Assembly: GCA_051313645.2 (NCBI GenBank)
Contig: JBNRSN020000023.1
Location: 51,460,001 to 51,524,000 of the forward strand
DNA from: Centroscyllium fabricii
Lineage: Eukaryota
Reading direction: 5' to 3'
DNA: 64,000 nt
The position numbers and the translations under genes are program-made. Shown one piece after another: positions 24,960 through 37,755 of this stretch (within the stretch, counting starts at the first letter, position 1; every line of letters starts with the position of its first letter). The notes beneath the pieces were generated by a model. The model saw nothing but the letters and a program-made list of their open reading frames with translations. It had not been told where the DNA came from and searched no databases.

Positions 24960-25742
24960 TACAGCACAGAAAGAGGTCATTGGGCCTATCAGGCCTGTGT
25001 TTGCTCTTTGCTAGATCACTCCACAATTAACTCCATTGCTCCATATCTTCCACTCTTTCAAATATTTGTCAACTTTCTCCTTAAAAGTTGCAGTAGTCTC
25101 TCTTCAACTACTACCCGTGGCAAAGCATCCCGTGCTCTAACAGATCGCTGCTTCTGCCTGAAGACATTTCTGCCACCCTCTCTCTCCCTGCCACTGGAAA
25201 CAGTTTCTCCTTATCTACTCTGTCAAAACGCCTCATCATGTTGCACACCTCGATTAAATCTCCCCTTAACTTTCTCTGTTCTAGGGAGAACAACCCCAGT
25301 TTCTCCAGTCACTCCCTATAACTGAAGTCCCTCATCCCTGGTACCATTCTGGTAAATCTCCTCTGCACCCTCTCGAAGGCCTTGACATCCTTCCTAAAGT
25401 GCGGTGCCCAGAATTGAACACAATACTCCAGCTGAGGCCTAACCAGTGATTATTAAAGGTTTAGCATGACTTCCTTGCTTTTGTACTCTATTTATAAAGC
25501 CTAGGGTCCCATATGCTTCTTTTTAACAACCTTATCAATTAGTTCTGCCATCTTCAAAGACTTGTGTACACCCCCAGGTCTCTCTGTTCCTGCACCTCCT
25601 TTAAAATTGCACCATTTAGTTTCTATCGCCTTTTCTCATTCTTCCTTCCAAAATGTATCACTTCACATTTCTCTGCGTTAAATTTCATCCACCGTCTGTC
25701 TGCCCGTTTCACCAGTCTGTCTATGTCCTCCTGAAATCTGTT
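24960..25742 (-). mobile_element. Old CR1 3' fragment
   Basis: Reverse-strand [16 protein letters not shown] and similar CR1 RT C-terminal motifs. Confidence 0.8.
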
Positions 25743-25949
25743 ACAGGTCCGGCACCGTTAATCCGGACACCGTTAATCCGGAAACTTCAGTCATCCGGCA
25801 TGAATCCAGGCCTCTCCCCGACTGATCTGCACATGCGCAAAATGGCCGCCGCGCTTGGCCGTGCATGCCCGGGCCTCTCCCCGACTCCTATTGAGTTAGT
25901 CTAAACAATTGATGCTTCGGCGAGCGCATGCGCAGACCATTCAAAATGG

Positions 25950-26566
25950 CCTTAAGGGCCATTCGTTAAGGGCCCTTAATTGGCATGTTTAATGCCATTT
26001 TTAGGGCCCTCAGCCATTTTGAGCTGTTTCCCGCCCTAACCCCGGCACCTTAAACCCCGCTGGGTGAAACCCAGCAGGAGCACAGCGCTGGTTATTACTT
26101 TCTCCTTCAAGGTGTGAAGGACATGCTGCCAAATGCTTGGCATGCCTCCAGCACCTTAGAGGAGTAAGTTACTCCGTGCTGTCTGCAGCAGCTGTGGGCA
26201 AAAACTGAGAAATCTCAGCTCTGCACATTTGCTCACAGCCGGGGCCGAGCTGTCAAGGATTCTGACCCCGCCCGCCCACCTGTCAGTCACCAGCACTTGA
26301 CCTTTCCCATTGGTTCCACTCGACTGTGATGTCACAGTGGAGTGTTTCCATGGGAACTGTCAACAACCAATGCTGGAACTGTCAATCAAATTCCTCACAG
26401 CCCCGCTGGAGCCCGACTCGATTAACTTAATTACCACCCGCTGCCGCCGGCATGGATTTAACAACTCAATTAAATTAAAATTGCGTGGGCTTCCCAGCTG
26501 TTTGGGCGGGTGGGACAGGAAGCCGCCCAGACCAATCCCCGCCAGGTTCCCGCCCTTCCGGCAAAA
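25950..26566. mobile_element. Harbinger-type MITE (partial, inverted relative to 35455-36198)
   Basis: High similarity to 35455-36050 and 45446-46050. Confidence 0.75.
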
Positions 26567-28529
26567 CATAAGAACATAAGAACATATTTCTTATGTTCTT
26601 AAAAGACCCCCCTATGATTCCATGACTATCAAACACCTTTTGAAAGTCCATCAACAACAACCGCACTACCCTCATCAACCCTCTCCGTTATGTCATCAAA
26701 GCACTCGATCAAGTGTGTCAGACATGATTTGCCTTAAACAAATCCATGCAGGCTGTCATTTATTAACTCATATTTTTCCAAGTGACCATTAATTTTGTCC
26801 TGGATTGTTGTCTCTGCCGCCGTGTCTGTTTCTTATTCCCTTCAGCAAGTCACCTTGGCATTGTCAGAAAGTCTGACAATATAATTTTTAGTACCATATT
26901 CCTGATTGCTTATAAGCAGGGATTGGAATAGGTTGCTGCACCAGTCACTGAGCCCAACCTCAACCTACTCCGTTCGTTCATTGTCACATTTTGCCCTGAC
27001 GCGGCCGTACATTTACAAAGCACAAGCAAGTTTTTTGGGTCAAATAAGTCAGCACATTCATTGATCTTGCATGCAATGCGAGTGAAATAAAAGTGGATCA
27101 GTCCATTTGGAATTCGATACGACGGGAATGAATGGAATGGGATATGGCCCACCTGGAATCCTGTATAATGGGAATGAATGGGTTGAGGTTCTATCCATAG
27201 GAATGGGAGTGAATGTGAACAAGCCCATTGAAATTCTTGGAGGTTTTGGGGCTCTATGTTGTGAATTGGATGGCCGCCATTAGAATTTGGACCCCATCCA
27301 ATTGGGACTTTGTTGTCAGCCGTGGTTCAGTGGGCAGCACTCTCGCCTCTGAGGCAGAAGGTTTGTGGGTTCAAGTCCCACTCCAGAGACTTGAGCACAA
27401 AAATCTAGGCTGACGCTCCAGCGCAGTGCTGAGGGAGCGCCGCACTATCTGAGGTGCCGTCTTTCAGATGAGATGTTAAACCGATCAGCTTCCTCAGGTG
27501 GTTGTAAAAGATTCTACGGCACTATTTCGAAGAAGAGCAGGGGAGTTGTCCTCGGCATCCTGGCCAATATTTTTCCCTCAATCAACATCACAAAAACAGA
27601 TTATCTGGTCATTATCACATTGCTGTTTGTGGGAGCTTGCTGCGCGCAAATTGGCTGCTGCATTTCCCACATTACAACAGTGACTATACTTCAAAAAGTA
27701 CTTCATTGGCTGGAAAGCGCTTTGGGACGACCGGTGGTCAGGAAAGGCGCTATAGAAATGCAAGTCTTTCATTGATCTTCAATACATAGAAACATAGAAG
27801 ATAGGAGCAGGAGTAGGCCATTCGGCCCTTCGAGCCTGCTCCGCCATTCAATGAGATCATGGCTGATCATCCAAACCCAGTACCCTGTCCCTGCCCCGTC
27901 CCCATATCCCTTGATCCCTATCGAGCCTGCACCGACACACATCCCACCCCATCCCCGTAACCCCACACAGTCAACCCCCCTAACACTAAGGGTCAATATA
28001 TCCTGGCCAATCAACCTAACCCGCACATCTTTGGACTGTGGGAGGAAACCGGAGCACCCGGAGGAAAGCCACGCAGACACGGGGAGAATGTGCAAACTCC
28101 ACACAGATAGTACCCGAGGCTGGATTTGAACCCGGGTCTCTAGTGCTGTAAGGCAACAGTGCTAACCACTATGCCACCGTGCCGCCCATACAGCGGGAGG
28201 AGGGCACACTATCATTAAAGATCTATGTTTGGATCAGAATTTGGCCCATTTCATTTGAAGTGTAATTGCACGGTTCATCTTCCTGTGAGCGTCTGAACAA
28301 TTTCTTAGAAATGATAATCTGTGCCCCTAACTGAAATATCTACCCCTGCCCCTCGCACTGTACAAAATGAAATAAACTTACTGCCCTTCACGTTAGGCCC
28401 GACTCTCATCCAAATTTAGAATTCCAGTGTAACAACCCGCTTCCCATTCCCTCTGTTTTACAGAATTCCAATGGGCCTCTTGCCATTTCTTCCCATTGTG
28501 GCCACACAAGTCAATGGTTGTCCGTTCCT

Positions 28530-29440
28530 TTTGGTCTCCTTACCTGAGAAAGGATAGACTTGCCATAGAGGGAGTGCAGCGAAGGTTCACCAGACTAATT
28601 CCTGGGATGGCAGGACTGTCGTATGAGGAGAGATTGGGTCGACTAGGCCTGTATTCACTAGAGTTTAGAAGAATGAGAGGGGACCTCATTGAAACGTATA
28701 AAATTCTGACAGGGCTAGACAGACTGGATGCAGGGAGGATGTTTCCCCTGGCTGGGGGGTCGAGAACGAGGGGTCACAGTCTCAGGATACTGGGTAGGAC
28801 ATTTACGACTGAGATGAGGAGAAATGTCTTGATGCTTTCGGTTAAATTCAGAAAGAATGTCTCCAATGGCGGGGGAGTCCAGAACCAGGGGCCACAGTCT
28901 AAGGATAAGGGGTAAACCATTTAGGACAGATATGAGGAAGAATTTCTTCACCCAGAGAGTGGTGAGCCTGTGGAATTCCTTGCCACAGAGGGCAGTGGAG
29001 GCCAGTTCATTAAATATATTTAAGAGGGAATTGGATATATTTCTTCAGGCTAAAGGGATTAAGGGTTACGGAGAGAAGGCGGGGATGGGGTACTGAACTT
29101 GAAAGATCAGCCATGATCTCAGCCAAAGATCAGCCATGATCTCATTGAATGGCGGAGCAGGCTCGAAGGGCCGAATGGCCTACTCCTGCTCCTATCTTCT
29201 ATGTTTCTATGTCTTCACTCAGAGGGTGGTGAACCTGTGGAATTCTGTACCCCCGAAGGCTGTGGAGGTCAAGTCACTGAATATGTTTAAGAAGGAGATT
29301 AGATTGATTTCTAGACACAAAAGGCATCGAGGGGTATGGGGAGAGAGCAGGAATATGGTATTGAGATAGAGGATCAGCCATGATCCTATTGAATGGCGGA
29401 GCGGGCTCGAAGGGCCGAATGGCCGACTCCTGCTCCTAGC
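28530..29440 (+). mobile_element. CR1 3' fragment with nested younger CR1 3' end (about 28831-29211)
   Basis: RT C-terminal peptides; nested piece nearly identical to 13285-13610. Confidence 0.85.
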
Positions 29441-29483
29441 AGCAACTCCATTCATGATTTGACTGTTTTGTATTGTGCTCCAG

Positions 29484-29632
29484 GTCCTCACAAGATAAAG
29501 TTCATCCCAGGGATGGTGGGACCAATCTTGGAGATGACGCTGGTGCCTGAACCAGAGCTCAGGAGGGCTACGATCCCCATCTTCTTTGACATGATGCAGT
29601 GTGAATACAGTGTCAACAGGTGTTTCCACACG
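29484..29632 (+). CDS. DOCK5: DOCK5 exon ([49 protein letters not shown])
   Basis: ctccag / gtaaga, 149 nt; GPHKIKFIP is DOCK5-type. Confidence 0.95.
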
Positions 29633-29949
29633 GTAAGAAGCCAATGGCACGCGGAACGAGAAGCCAACCCTGATTTCTTTGAGGTAGACCGTCTACCCCG
29701 GCAACTAGGCGAATCACCGGGCCTGCTCACGGTGAGATTCCCTCGCTAAAGATGGGCCGAGGGAACTCCTTGCAATAGGTCCTGGGAGGTCGCCCACATT
29801 GGCTTAGTGGGTAAGAGCCACTTCTGCAACTGAGCCCGCCAGACTAGGGTGAGCCACAGGTTCCGTTCCTGAGCTGTGCTGAGCTAAGTGATGTTAGCCA
29901 ATTGTTGCAGTTTGCTCCAGCATTCTGGGGCCAGGGATAAATAAATTAG

Positions 29950-30560
29950 GAATAAAAACAGAAAATGCTGGAGAAACTCAGCAGGTCAGGCAGCATCTGT
30001 GGAGAGAGAAACAGAGTTAACGTTTCAGGTCGATGACCCTTCGTCAGAACTGGAAAAAACTGGATTGGAGCAGGTTTTTAAGCAAGTGTCCGGGCCGGGA
30101 AAGTGGGGAGGGGAGGAAAGAACAAAAGGGAAGGTCTGTGATAGGATGGAAGGCAGGAGAGATTAAATGATAAAAAGCGATGATGGTTAGGTGAATTGGA
30201 GATACTAAAAATTGCCCATGAGTATGTGTGTGAGATATAGTTCTTAGAGTTGGGTGTGTCGGGGGATATGGGGAGAGGGTAGGAGGGGGGTGCTGGGTTT
30301 GGATGATCAGCCATGATCTCATCAAAATGGCGGAGCGGGCTCGAAGGGCCGAATGGCCTAGTCCTGCTCCTATCTTCTGTGTTTCTGTGTTTCTGTGGTA
30401 CAAGTCTGTCCCATCTCCAGCTTTTTCCAGTTCTGACGAAAGGTCATCGACCTGAAACGTTAACTCTGTTTCTCTCTCCACCGATGCTGCCGGGCCTGCT
30501 GAGTTTCTCCAGCGTTTTCTGTTTTTATTTCAGATTTCCAGCATCTGCAGTATTTTCTTT
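29950..30560. mobile_element. Inverted pair of Penelope-like terminal repeats with hammerhead motifs, interrupted by a SINE fragment
   Basis: 29950-30058 is the reverse complement of about 30420-30530. Confidence 0.7.
30429..30465 (+). ncRNA. Putative minimal type I hammerhead ribozyme (second copy on minus strand 30015-30051)
   Basis: AGUU-CUGACGA-A-AGGUC-auc-GACCU-GAA-ACGU-U-AACU: stem I, core, stem II, palindromic stem III. Confidence 0.65.
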
Positions 30561-30860
30561 TTGTAGGAATGAATTAGTGGCAGTTCCTGTTTAGTGAAGT
30601 GTAATGATGTCAGGGCAGGTCGGGATCAGTCTCAGCAGTGATGCACTCCATGCTCAAATAGCCCATGACATTCACTGTCCAGCAGCACACTTGGCCACTG
30701 GGTGAGGACGGCCTAATGCCCAGCTCAATTCTGTGGCACAAGAAGGAGAAAAAGCCCCAAAAAGGAAGGCGCTGATGATGAGAGTTCCTTACTAAGGGTT
30801 TTGCAAAATATGCGGCAGAAATGACCACGCAGCATTGAACAGAGAGAGTTTCTTTTTCAG

Positions 30861-30946
30861 TTCGAGAATGAGCTCATCACTAAACTGGACCAGGAAGTAG
30901 AAGGAGGGAGAGGGGACGAGCTGTACAAAATCCTTCTGGAGAAAAC
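30861..30946 (+). CDS. DOCK5: DOCK5 exon (FENELITKLDQEVEGGRGDELYKILLEK)
   Basis: tttttcag / gtaagt, 86 nt; LDQEVEGGRGD is DOCK5-type (DOCK1/2 have LDHEVEGG). Confidence 0.95.
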
Positions 30947-31239
30947 GTAAGTGTTGAACATATTGTATTCTTCCTCTTGGAGTCTCGAACGTCACACGGT
31001 CCTCTTGTGCAAGTTCCAACAATATTGAATGTTAAATCAGCACCTTATTTTAAGGAGGTGACTGTCCGTGTGTCAGGGTTGAAAGTAGGAGCAGCAACGT
31101 TCTCAGGTTTTCAGTGCTTCGGTGTTGATGGTGGAAAGTCTCTCAAAGGGCCTGCTTGGCTCCAGGCTTCAAGTCAGATGGTTGTGGGTTCAAGAACGAC
31201 TCCAGTAATTGAGCACAGAATCCAGGCGGATACTCCAGT

Positions 31240-32740
31240 GCAGTACTGAGGAAGTGCTGCACTGTCTCAGGGACAGTACTGAGGGAGCACCGCACTGTCT
31301 GAGGGACAGTACTGACGGAGCGCTGCACTGTCGGAGGGGCAGTACTGAGAGAGCGCTGCACTGTCTGAGGGACAGTACTGAGGGAGCACCGCACTGTCTG
31401 AGGGGCAGTACTGAGTGAGCGCTGCACTGTCGGAGGGGCAGTACTGAGAGAGCGCTGCACTGCCGGAGGGGCAGTACTAAGGGAGCGCAGCACTGTCGGA
31501 CGGGCAGTACTGAGGGAGCGCTGCACTGCCGGAGGGACAGTACTGAGGGAGCGCCGCACTGTCGGAGGGGCAGTACTGAGGTAGCGCTGCACTGTCGGAG
31601 GGACAGTACTGAGGGAGCGCCGCACTGTCGGTGGGACAGTACTGAGGGAGCACCGCACTGTCGGAGGGGCAGTACTGAGGGAGCGCAGCACTGTCGGAGG
31701 GACAGTGCTGAGGGAGTGCTGCACTGCCGGAGGATCAGTACTGAGGGAGCGCCGCACTGTCGGAGGGACAATTTGAGGGACCACTGCACTTCCGGAAGGT
31801 CAATACTGAGGGAGTGCTGCACTGTCGGAGGGACTGTACTGAGGGAGTGCCACACTGTCGGAGGGGCAGTACGGAGGGTGTGCTGCATTGTTGGAGGGGC
31901 AGTATGGAGAGAGTGCTGCATTGTTGGAGGGGCAGTACTGAGGGAGCACTTCACTGTCGAAGGGGCAGTACTGAAGGAACGCTGCATTGTCAGAGGGGCA
32001 GTACTGCGGGAGCGCGGCGCTGCAATGTTGGAGGCTTAGTACTGAGGGAGCGCTGCACTGTTGGAGGGTTAGTACTGAGGGAGTGCTGCATTGTCGGAGG
32101 GGAAGTACTAAGGAAGCGCTGCACTGTCGAAGGGGCAGCACTGAGGGAACGTTGGACTTCCGGAGGGTCAATACTGAGGGAACGCTGCACTGTCGGAGGG
32201 GCAGTTCTGAGGGAGCGCCGCACTGTCGGTGGGGCAGTACCGAGGGAGCGCCATACTATAGGTGAGGCAGTACTAAGGGAACGCTGCACTGTTGGAGGGG
32301 CAGTGCTGAGGGAACACTGCACTGTCAGAGGGGCAGTACTGTGGGAGCGGGGCACTGTGGGATGGGCAGTACTGAGGGAGCTGTGCACTGTCAAGAGGGG
32401 CAGCGTTGAGGGAGCGCTGCACTGTCAGAGGGGCATACTGAGGGAGCGTTTGACTTCCGGAGGGTCAATACTGAGGGAGTGCTGCACTGTCGGAGGGACA
32501 GTACTGAGAGAGCACCGCACTGTCGGAGGGGCAGTACTGAGGGAATGCTGCACTGTCGGAGGGACAGTACTGAGGGAATGCTGCACTGTCGGAGGGGCAG
32601 TACTGAGGGAGTACCGCACCGCACTGTCGGAGGGGCAGTACTAAGGGAACGCTGCACTGTGGGAGGGGCAGTACTGAGGGAGCTATGCACTGTCGGAGGG
32701 GCGGTACTGAGGGAGTGCTGCACTGTTGGAGGTGCTGCCT
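31240..32740. repeat. 33-bp minisatellite (about 45 copies) expanded inside a DeuSINE-like element (31157-33062)
   Basis: Unit CAGTACTGAGGGAGCGCTGCACTGTCGGAGGGG; SINE head upstream and Deu core/tail downstream. Confidence 0.93.
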
Positions 32741-33659
32741 TTTGGATGAGACATTAAACCGAAGCCCCGTCTGCTCTCTCAGGTAGATGTAAAAGATCTC
32801 ATGGCACTATTTTGAAGAAGAGCAGGGGAGTTATCCCCAGTGTCCTGGCCAATATTTATCCCTCAATCAACATCAGTAAATAACAGATTATCCGGTCATT
32901 ATCACACTTCTGTTTTGTGGGAGCTTGCTGTGCGCAAATTGGCTGCCGCATTTCCTATAGTAAAACAGTGACTGCACTTCCAAATGTACTTCATCGGCTG
33001 TAAAGTGCTTTGGGATATCCGGTGGTCGTGAAAGGCGCTATAGAAATGCAAGTCTTTTTTTTATACAACAATAGCATGTGGTTGTGTTAAAGATGCAATG
33101 CAATTCGATAAACATGGGAGCTAGTCTTATCTTTGGACGATGGTGCAATTAAGTCAATGGAAGGGAAATCGGGTGGGGCTCATAACAGCCGACTAGAAAC
33201 ATAGAAGATAGGAGCAGGAGTAGGCCATTCGGCCCTTCGAGCCTGCTCTGCCACCCAATGAGATCATGGCTGATCATCCAAACCCAGCACCCTGTCCTTG
33301 CCTTGTCCCCATATCCCTCGATACTTATCGAGCCTGCACCGACACATATCCCACCCTATCCCCGTAACCCCACGTATTCAATCCCCCTAACTCTAAGGGT
33401 CAATTTATCCTGGCCAATCAACCTAACCCGCACATCTTTGGACTGTGGGAGGAAACCGGAGCACCCGGAGGAAACCCACGCAGACACGGGGAGAATGTGC
33501 AAACTCCACACAGATAGTACCCGAGGCTGGATTTGAACCCGGGTCTCCAGTGCTGTAAGGCAACAGTGCTAACCACTATGCCACCGTGCCGCCCAATTTG
33601 ATATTGCCCATTTTACACCATGGGCCAATTGTATAATTAGCCCACAGTGTCACTTAATA

Positions 33660-35450
33660 GTGGATGCATTGGTTCTCATCTCCAGAATTCTATAGATTGT
33701 GGAGCGGTTTCTGCAGATTGGAGGGTGACAAATGTAACCCTGCTATTTGGAAGAGGAGGGAGATAGAAAACGGAACTACAGACCGGTTAGCCTAACATCA
33801 GTTGCAGGGAAAATACTAGAGTCTATTCTAAAGGATGTGATAACAGGACACTTAGAAACTAGGGACAGGGTCACTGGCAAGGCTTGGAAGCTAAGCAGGG
33901 CCAGGCCTGGTCAGTAATTGGATGGGTGACCACCAGGGAATACCAGGTGCAGAAGGTCACGAAAGGAGCCCCAGGGAGGGGCGGTTGGCTGAAGATTGTC
34001 GGAATGATGGAAAGATGGAATGGCGGCGCGCACAGTCGCAACTGCTTTGCTGGACTCTTGGGAGCTTGCAAGATCACATTTCGTTGTTCATGTACTTGTA
34101 CATTGTATAATGACAATAAAGTTAAATTAATTATTATTATTATTATATCAACGGGATTAGACAAAGTCAACATGGATTTATGAAAGGGAAATAGTGTTTG
34201 ACAAACCTACTGGAGTTTTTTGAGGATGTAACTGGTAGAATAGATAAGGGAGAACCAGTGGATGTGGTGTATTTGGATTTTCGGGTGGCCTTTGATAAAG
34301 TCCAACATAAGAGGTTAGTGTGCAAAATTAAAGCACATGGTATTGGGAGTAATATACTGGCATGGATTGAAAATTGGTTAACAGACAGGAACAGAGTAGG
34401 AATAAATGGGTCTTTTTCGGGGTGGCAGGCGGTGACTAGTGGGGTACCGCAGGGATCAGTGCTTGGGCCCCAGCTATTCACAATATATATCAATAATTTG
34501 GATGAGGGAACCAGATGTAATGTTTCCAGGTTTGCTGACGACACGAAACTGGGTGGGATTGTGAGTTGTGAGGAGGATGCAAAGAGGCTTCAAAGCGATT
34601 TAAACAAGTTTAGTGAGTGGGCAAGTACATGGCAGATGCAGTATAATGTGGATAAATGTGAAGTTATCCATTTCAGTAGGAAAAACAGAAAGGCAGAGTA
34701 TTATTTAAATATTGATAGATTGGGAAATGTTGATGTACAGAGGGGACCTGGGTGTCCTTGTACACCAGTCACTGAAAGCAAACAGGCAGGTGCAGCAAAC
34801 AGTTAGGATGGCAAATGGTATGTTGGCCTTCATTGCAAGAGGATTTGAGTACAGGAGCAAGGATGTCTTACTACAGTTATACAGGGCCTGGGTGAGACCA
34901 CACCTGGAGTACTGTGTGCAGTTTTGGTCTCCTTACCTAAGAAAGGATACACTTGCCATAGAGGGAGTGCAGCGAAGGTTCACCAGACTGGTTCCTGGGA
35001 TGGCAGGACTGTCGTATGAGGAGAGATTGGGTCGACTAGGCCTGTATTCACTAGAGTTTAGAAGAATTAAAGGGGATCTCATTGAAACATATAAAATTCT
35101 GACAGGGCTAGACAGACTGGATGCAGGAAGGATGTTTCCCCTGGCTGGGGGTCTAGAACGGGAGGTCACAGTCTCAGGATATGGGGTAGGACATTTAGGA
35201 CTGAGATGAGGAGAAATCTCTTCACTCAGAGGGTGGTGAACCTGTGGAATTCTCTACCACAGAAGGCTGTGGAGGCCAAGTCACTGAATATATTTAAGAA
35301 GGAGATCGATAGATTTCTAGACACAAAAGGCATCGAGGGGTGTGGGGAGAGAGCGGGAATATGGTATTGAGATAGAGGATCAGCCATGGTCATATTGAAT
35401 GGCGGAGCAGGCTCGAATGGCCGACTCCTGCTCCTAATTTTCTATGTTTT
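33660..35450 (+). mobile_element. 5'-truncated degenerate CR1 LINE
   Basis: RT ORFs 34198..34806 and 34712..35209; CR1 3' UTR. Confidence 0.92.
33884..33950 (+). pseudogene. 5S rRNA-derived segment within a short insertion (about 33859-34146)
   Basis: GGAAGCTAAGCAGGGCCAGGCCTGGTCAGTAATTGGATGGGTGACCACCAGGGAATACCAGGTGC matches the 3' half of 5S rRNA including its internal promoter boxes. Confidence 0.8.
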
Positions 35451-35454
35451 CTAT

Positions 35455-36198
35455 GGGGGCGATTTTGCTGGAAGGGTGGGAACCTGGCGGGGATTGGTCT
35501 GGGCAGCTTCCTGTCCCGCCCGCCCAAACAGCTGGGAAGACCATGCAATTAATTGAGTTGTTAAATCCCCGCCAGCGGCAGCGGGTGGTAATTAACTCAA
35601 TCGAGTCGGGCTCCAGCGGGGCTGCGAGGAGTTTGATTGACAGTTCCAGCACTGGTTGACAGTTCCCATGGAAACACTCCGCTGTGACATCACAGTCGAG
35701 TGGAACCAATGGGAAAGGTCTAGTGCTGGTGACTGACAGGTGGGCGGGCTGACTCAGAATCCTTGACAGCTCGGCACCGGCTGTGAGCAAATGTGCAGAG
35801 GTGAGATGTGTCAGTTTTTGCTCACAGCTGGTGCAGACAGCACGGAGTAAATTACTCCTCTAAGGTGCTGGAGGCATGCCAAGCATTTGGCAGCATGTCC
35901 TTCACACCTTGAAGGAGAAAGTTATAACCAGCGCTGTGCTCCCGCTGGGTTTCACCCAGTGGGGTTTAAGGTGACGGGGTTAGGGCGGGAAACAGGGCAA
36001 AATGGCTGAGGGCCCTTAAAATGGCATTAAAAATGCCAATTAAGGGCCCTTAACGAGGTGACAACCCATCCCCTCCGGCCGGGGGCGGGGAATCAGGGCG
36101 GGGGAAAATGTAAAAGCGGCGGGGGGTTGGGGGTCGCGACCCACCGGTTCTGATATTTTCCGAAAACCCCGCCTCACGGAGACATGAAAATCCCCCCC
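35455..36198. mobile_element. Harbinger-type MITE
   Basis: Imperfect TIRs GGGGGCGATTTT / AAAATCCCCCC; full-length relative at 45446-46221. Confidence 0.75.
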
Positions 36199-37069
36199 AA
36201 TGTTTCGAATACACTTTGCAAACAAGCACTCTGCTGCCATCTAGTGGCATTAACGAGGCACTGCATACTCTTGCCCTCCAACAAATAACCACAACTTTCA
36301 TCTTGCTGCCCTGGTTCTTTCCTGGGCAATGTGCCAACATTAGCACCAATTCTGATCACATGAGCTGCGGAGGAGGAAAGCCGTGGTCAAGATAAGAACA
36401 TAAGAATTAGGAGCAGGAGTCGGCCCCTCGAGCCTGCTCCACTATTCAATGAGATCATGGCTGATCTTTGACCTCAACTCCACTTTCTCGCCCGATCCCC
36501 ATATCCCTCGATTCCCCTAGAGTCCAAAAATCTATCGATCTCAGCCTTGAACAGACTCAGTGAGTGTATTTCTGTACAGGACCAGAATTCTACACAAGAG
36601 GCGTCAGTTCTCGGCTGAGGGAGCTGGTGTCAAATTGGTGTTCGGAGCTCCAGAATGGGATCGGTCTCCCTGGGTAAAGGAAAGAGCGGGGGTGGGGTGG
36701 GGGAAGCAGCCTGCGTTCTCACTCCTGACAACTATCCACTCACCCCACTGGGAAGCTTGCAAGTGCCGGCAGAGGGTGAGGATAGGAGCGAGGTTGACCT
36801 CCGCTTCTGGTGAGAGCAAGGTTCAGTGATGGCTTCCGCAGTCGAATATCCAGCCAACAGTCACTGCCCAAGCTCGCACGTCACCAAGGGCCATTTTGGG
36901 CAGGCACCAGAGGGCTGATGGCAACTGTGGAATAATAAATAAAACAAAGGATAAAGCTGCATTTCTATAGCGTCTTTCACGTCCTCAGGACATCCCAAAG
37001 CTCTTCACTGCCAATGAAGTACTTTTGAAAGGTAGTCACTGTTTTTGTGTAGGAAATGTGGCAGCCAGC

Positions 37070-37755
37070 TGTTAGCGCCCTAAGAGGGGTGCTAATGGGG
37101 AGCAGGGCACCTAGCGCCTGGGCTGGCGCCTCCTGCGATATTCAGCGGGGCGGCAGTGGCAGCCGGTAGTGCCCCCTGGCGCTGCGCCGCCGGCGGTAAC
37201 GTCATCGCCATGCGCAGTGCCCAGCTTGCGCTCCGGCCTCGAATTTTACTCACACCCCCGACTTAGCGCCGGACGCTGTCACCGACCGGGTCCGGGGGAC
37301 GCAATGGCAGCCGGGCCAGCGCTATTTAAAGGTGGAGGGGTGCCGGGCAGCCATTTGTCTTGCTGGCCGCCTGCCAGCACCTGCCCCCTCTGTTACCCCC
37401 CCGCCGCGGAATGCTGGCTGTGCTCCGTGAGCCCGGCACTTCCCTCGAGTGCCCGGCTCCTTTGCTGGCACTCTGATCCCCGGTGGTCCAGCGGGGCTCC
37501 GGGCCGCGCCTCCCTAGGCCACTCCCCTTTAAGAAGGGGAGAGAGGTCTGCAGTACCACGGCACGGCGTGCTGCAGAGCGTGGCGCAGCGACCCACAGTG
37601 GCCCGAACTTCAGTTGTTGTGCCCAAGGAACGAGGCGCCCCACCTCCTACTTGGGGCGCTAAAACCCAATTTAAGGTGCAACGGCACAAACTTTTTGGGG
37701 GGGCTAATTTCTGAGGTTAGCGCCACAAACGGGGTGCTACCCAATTATGCCCCCT
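37070..37755. mobile_element. GC-rich Harbinger-derived non-autonomous element
   Basis: Inverted homolog of 55900-56632; end CCAATTATGCCCC. Confidence 0.65.

Noticed and set aside
31143-32757. Long ORFs of 200-276 aa on both strands
   Set aside because: By-products of a 33-bp (multiple of 3) minisatellite; no protein-like complexity
33884-33950. Functional 5S rRNA gene
   Set aside because: 5' ~45 nt missing, several substitutions, no T-run terminator, embedded in a retro-insertion
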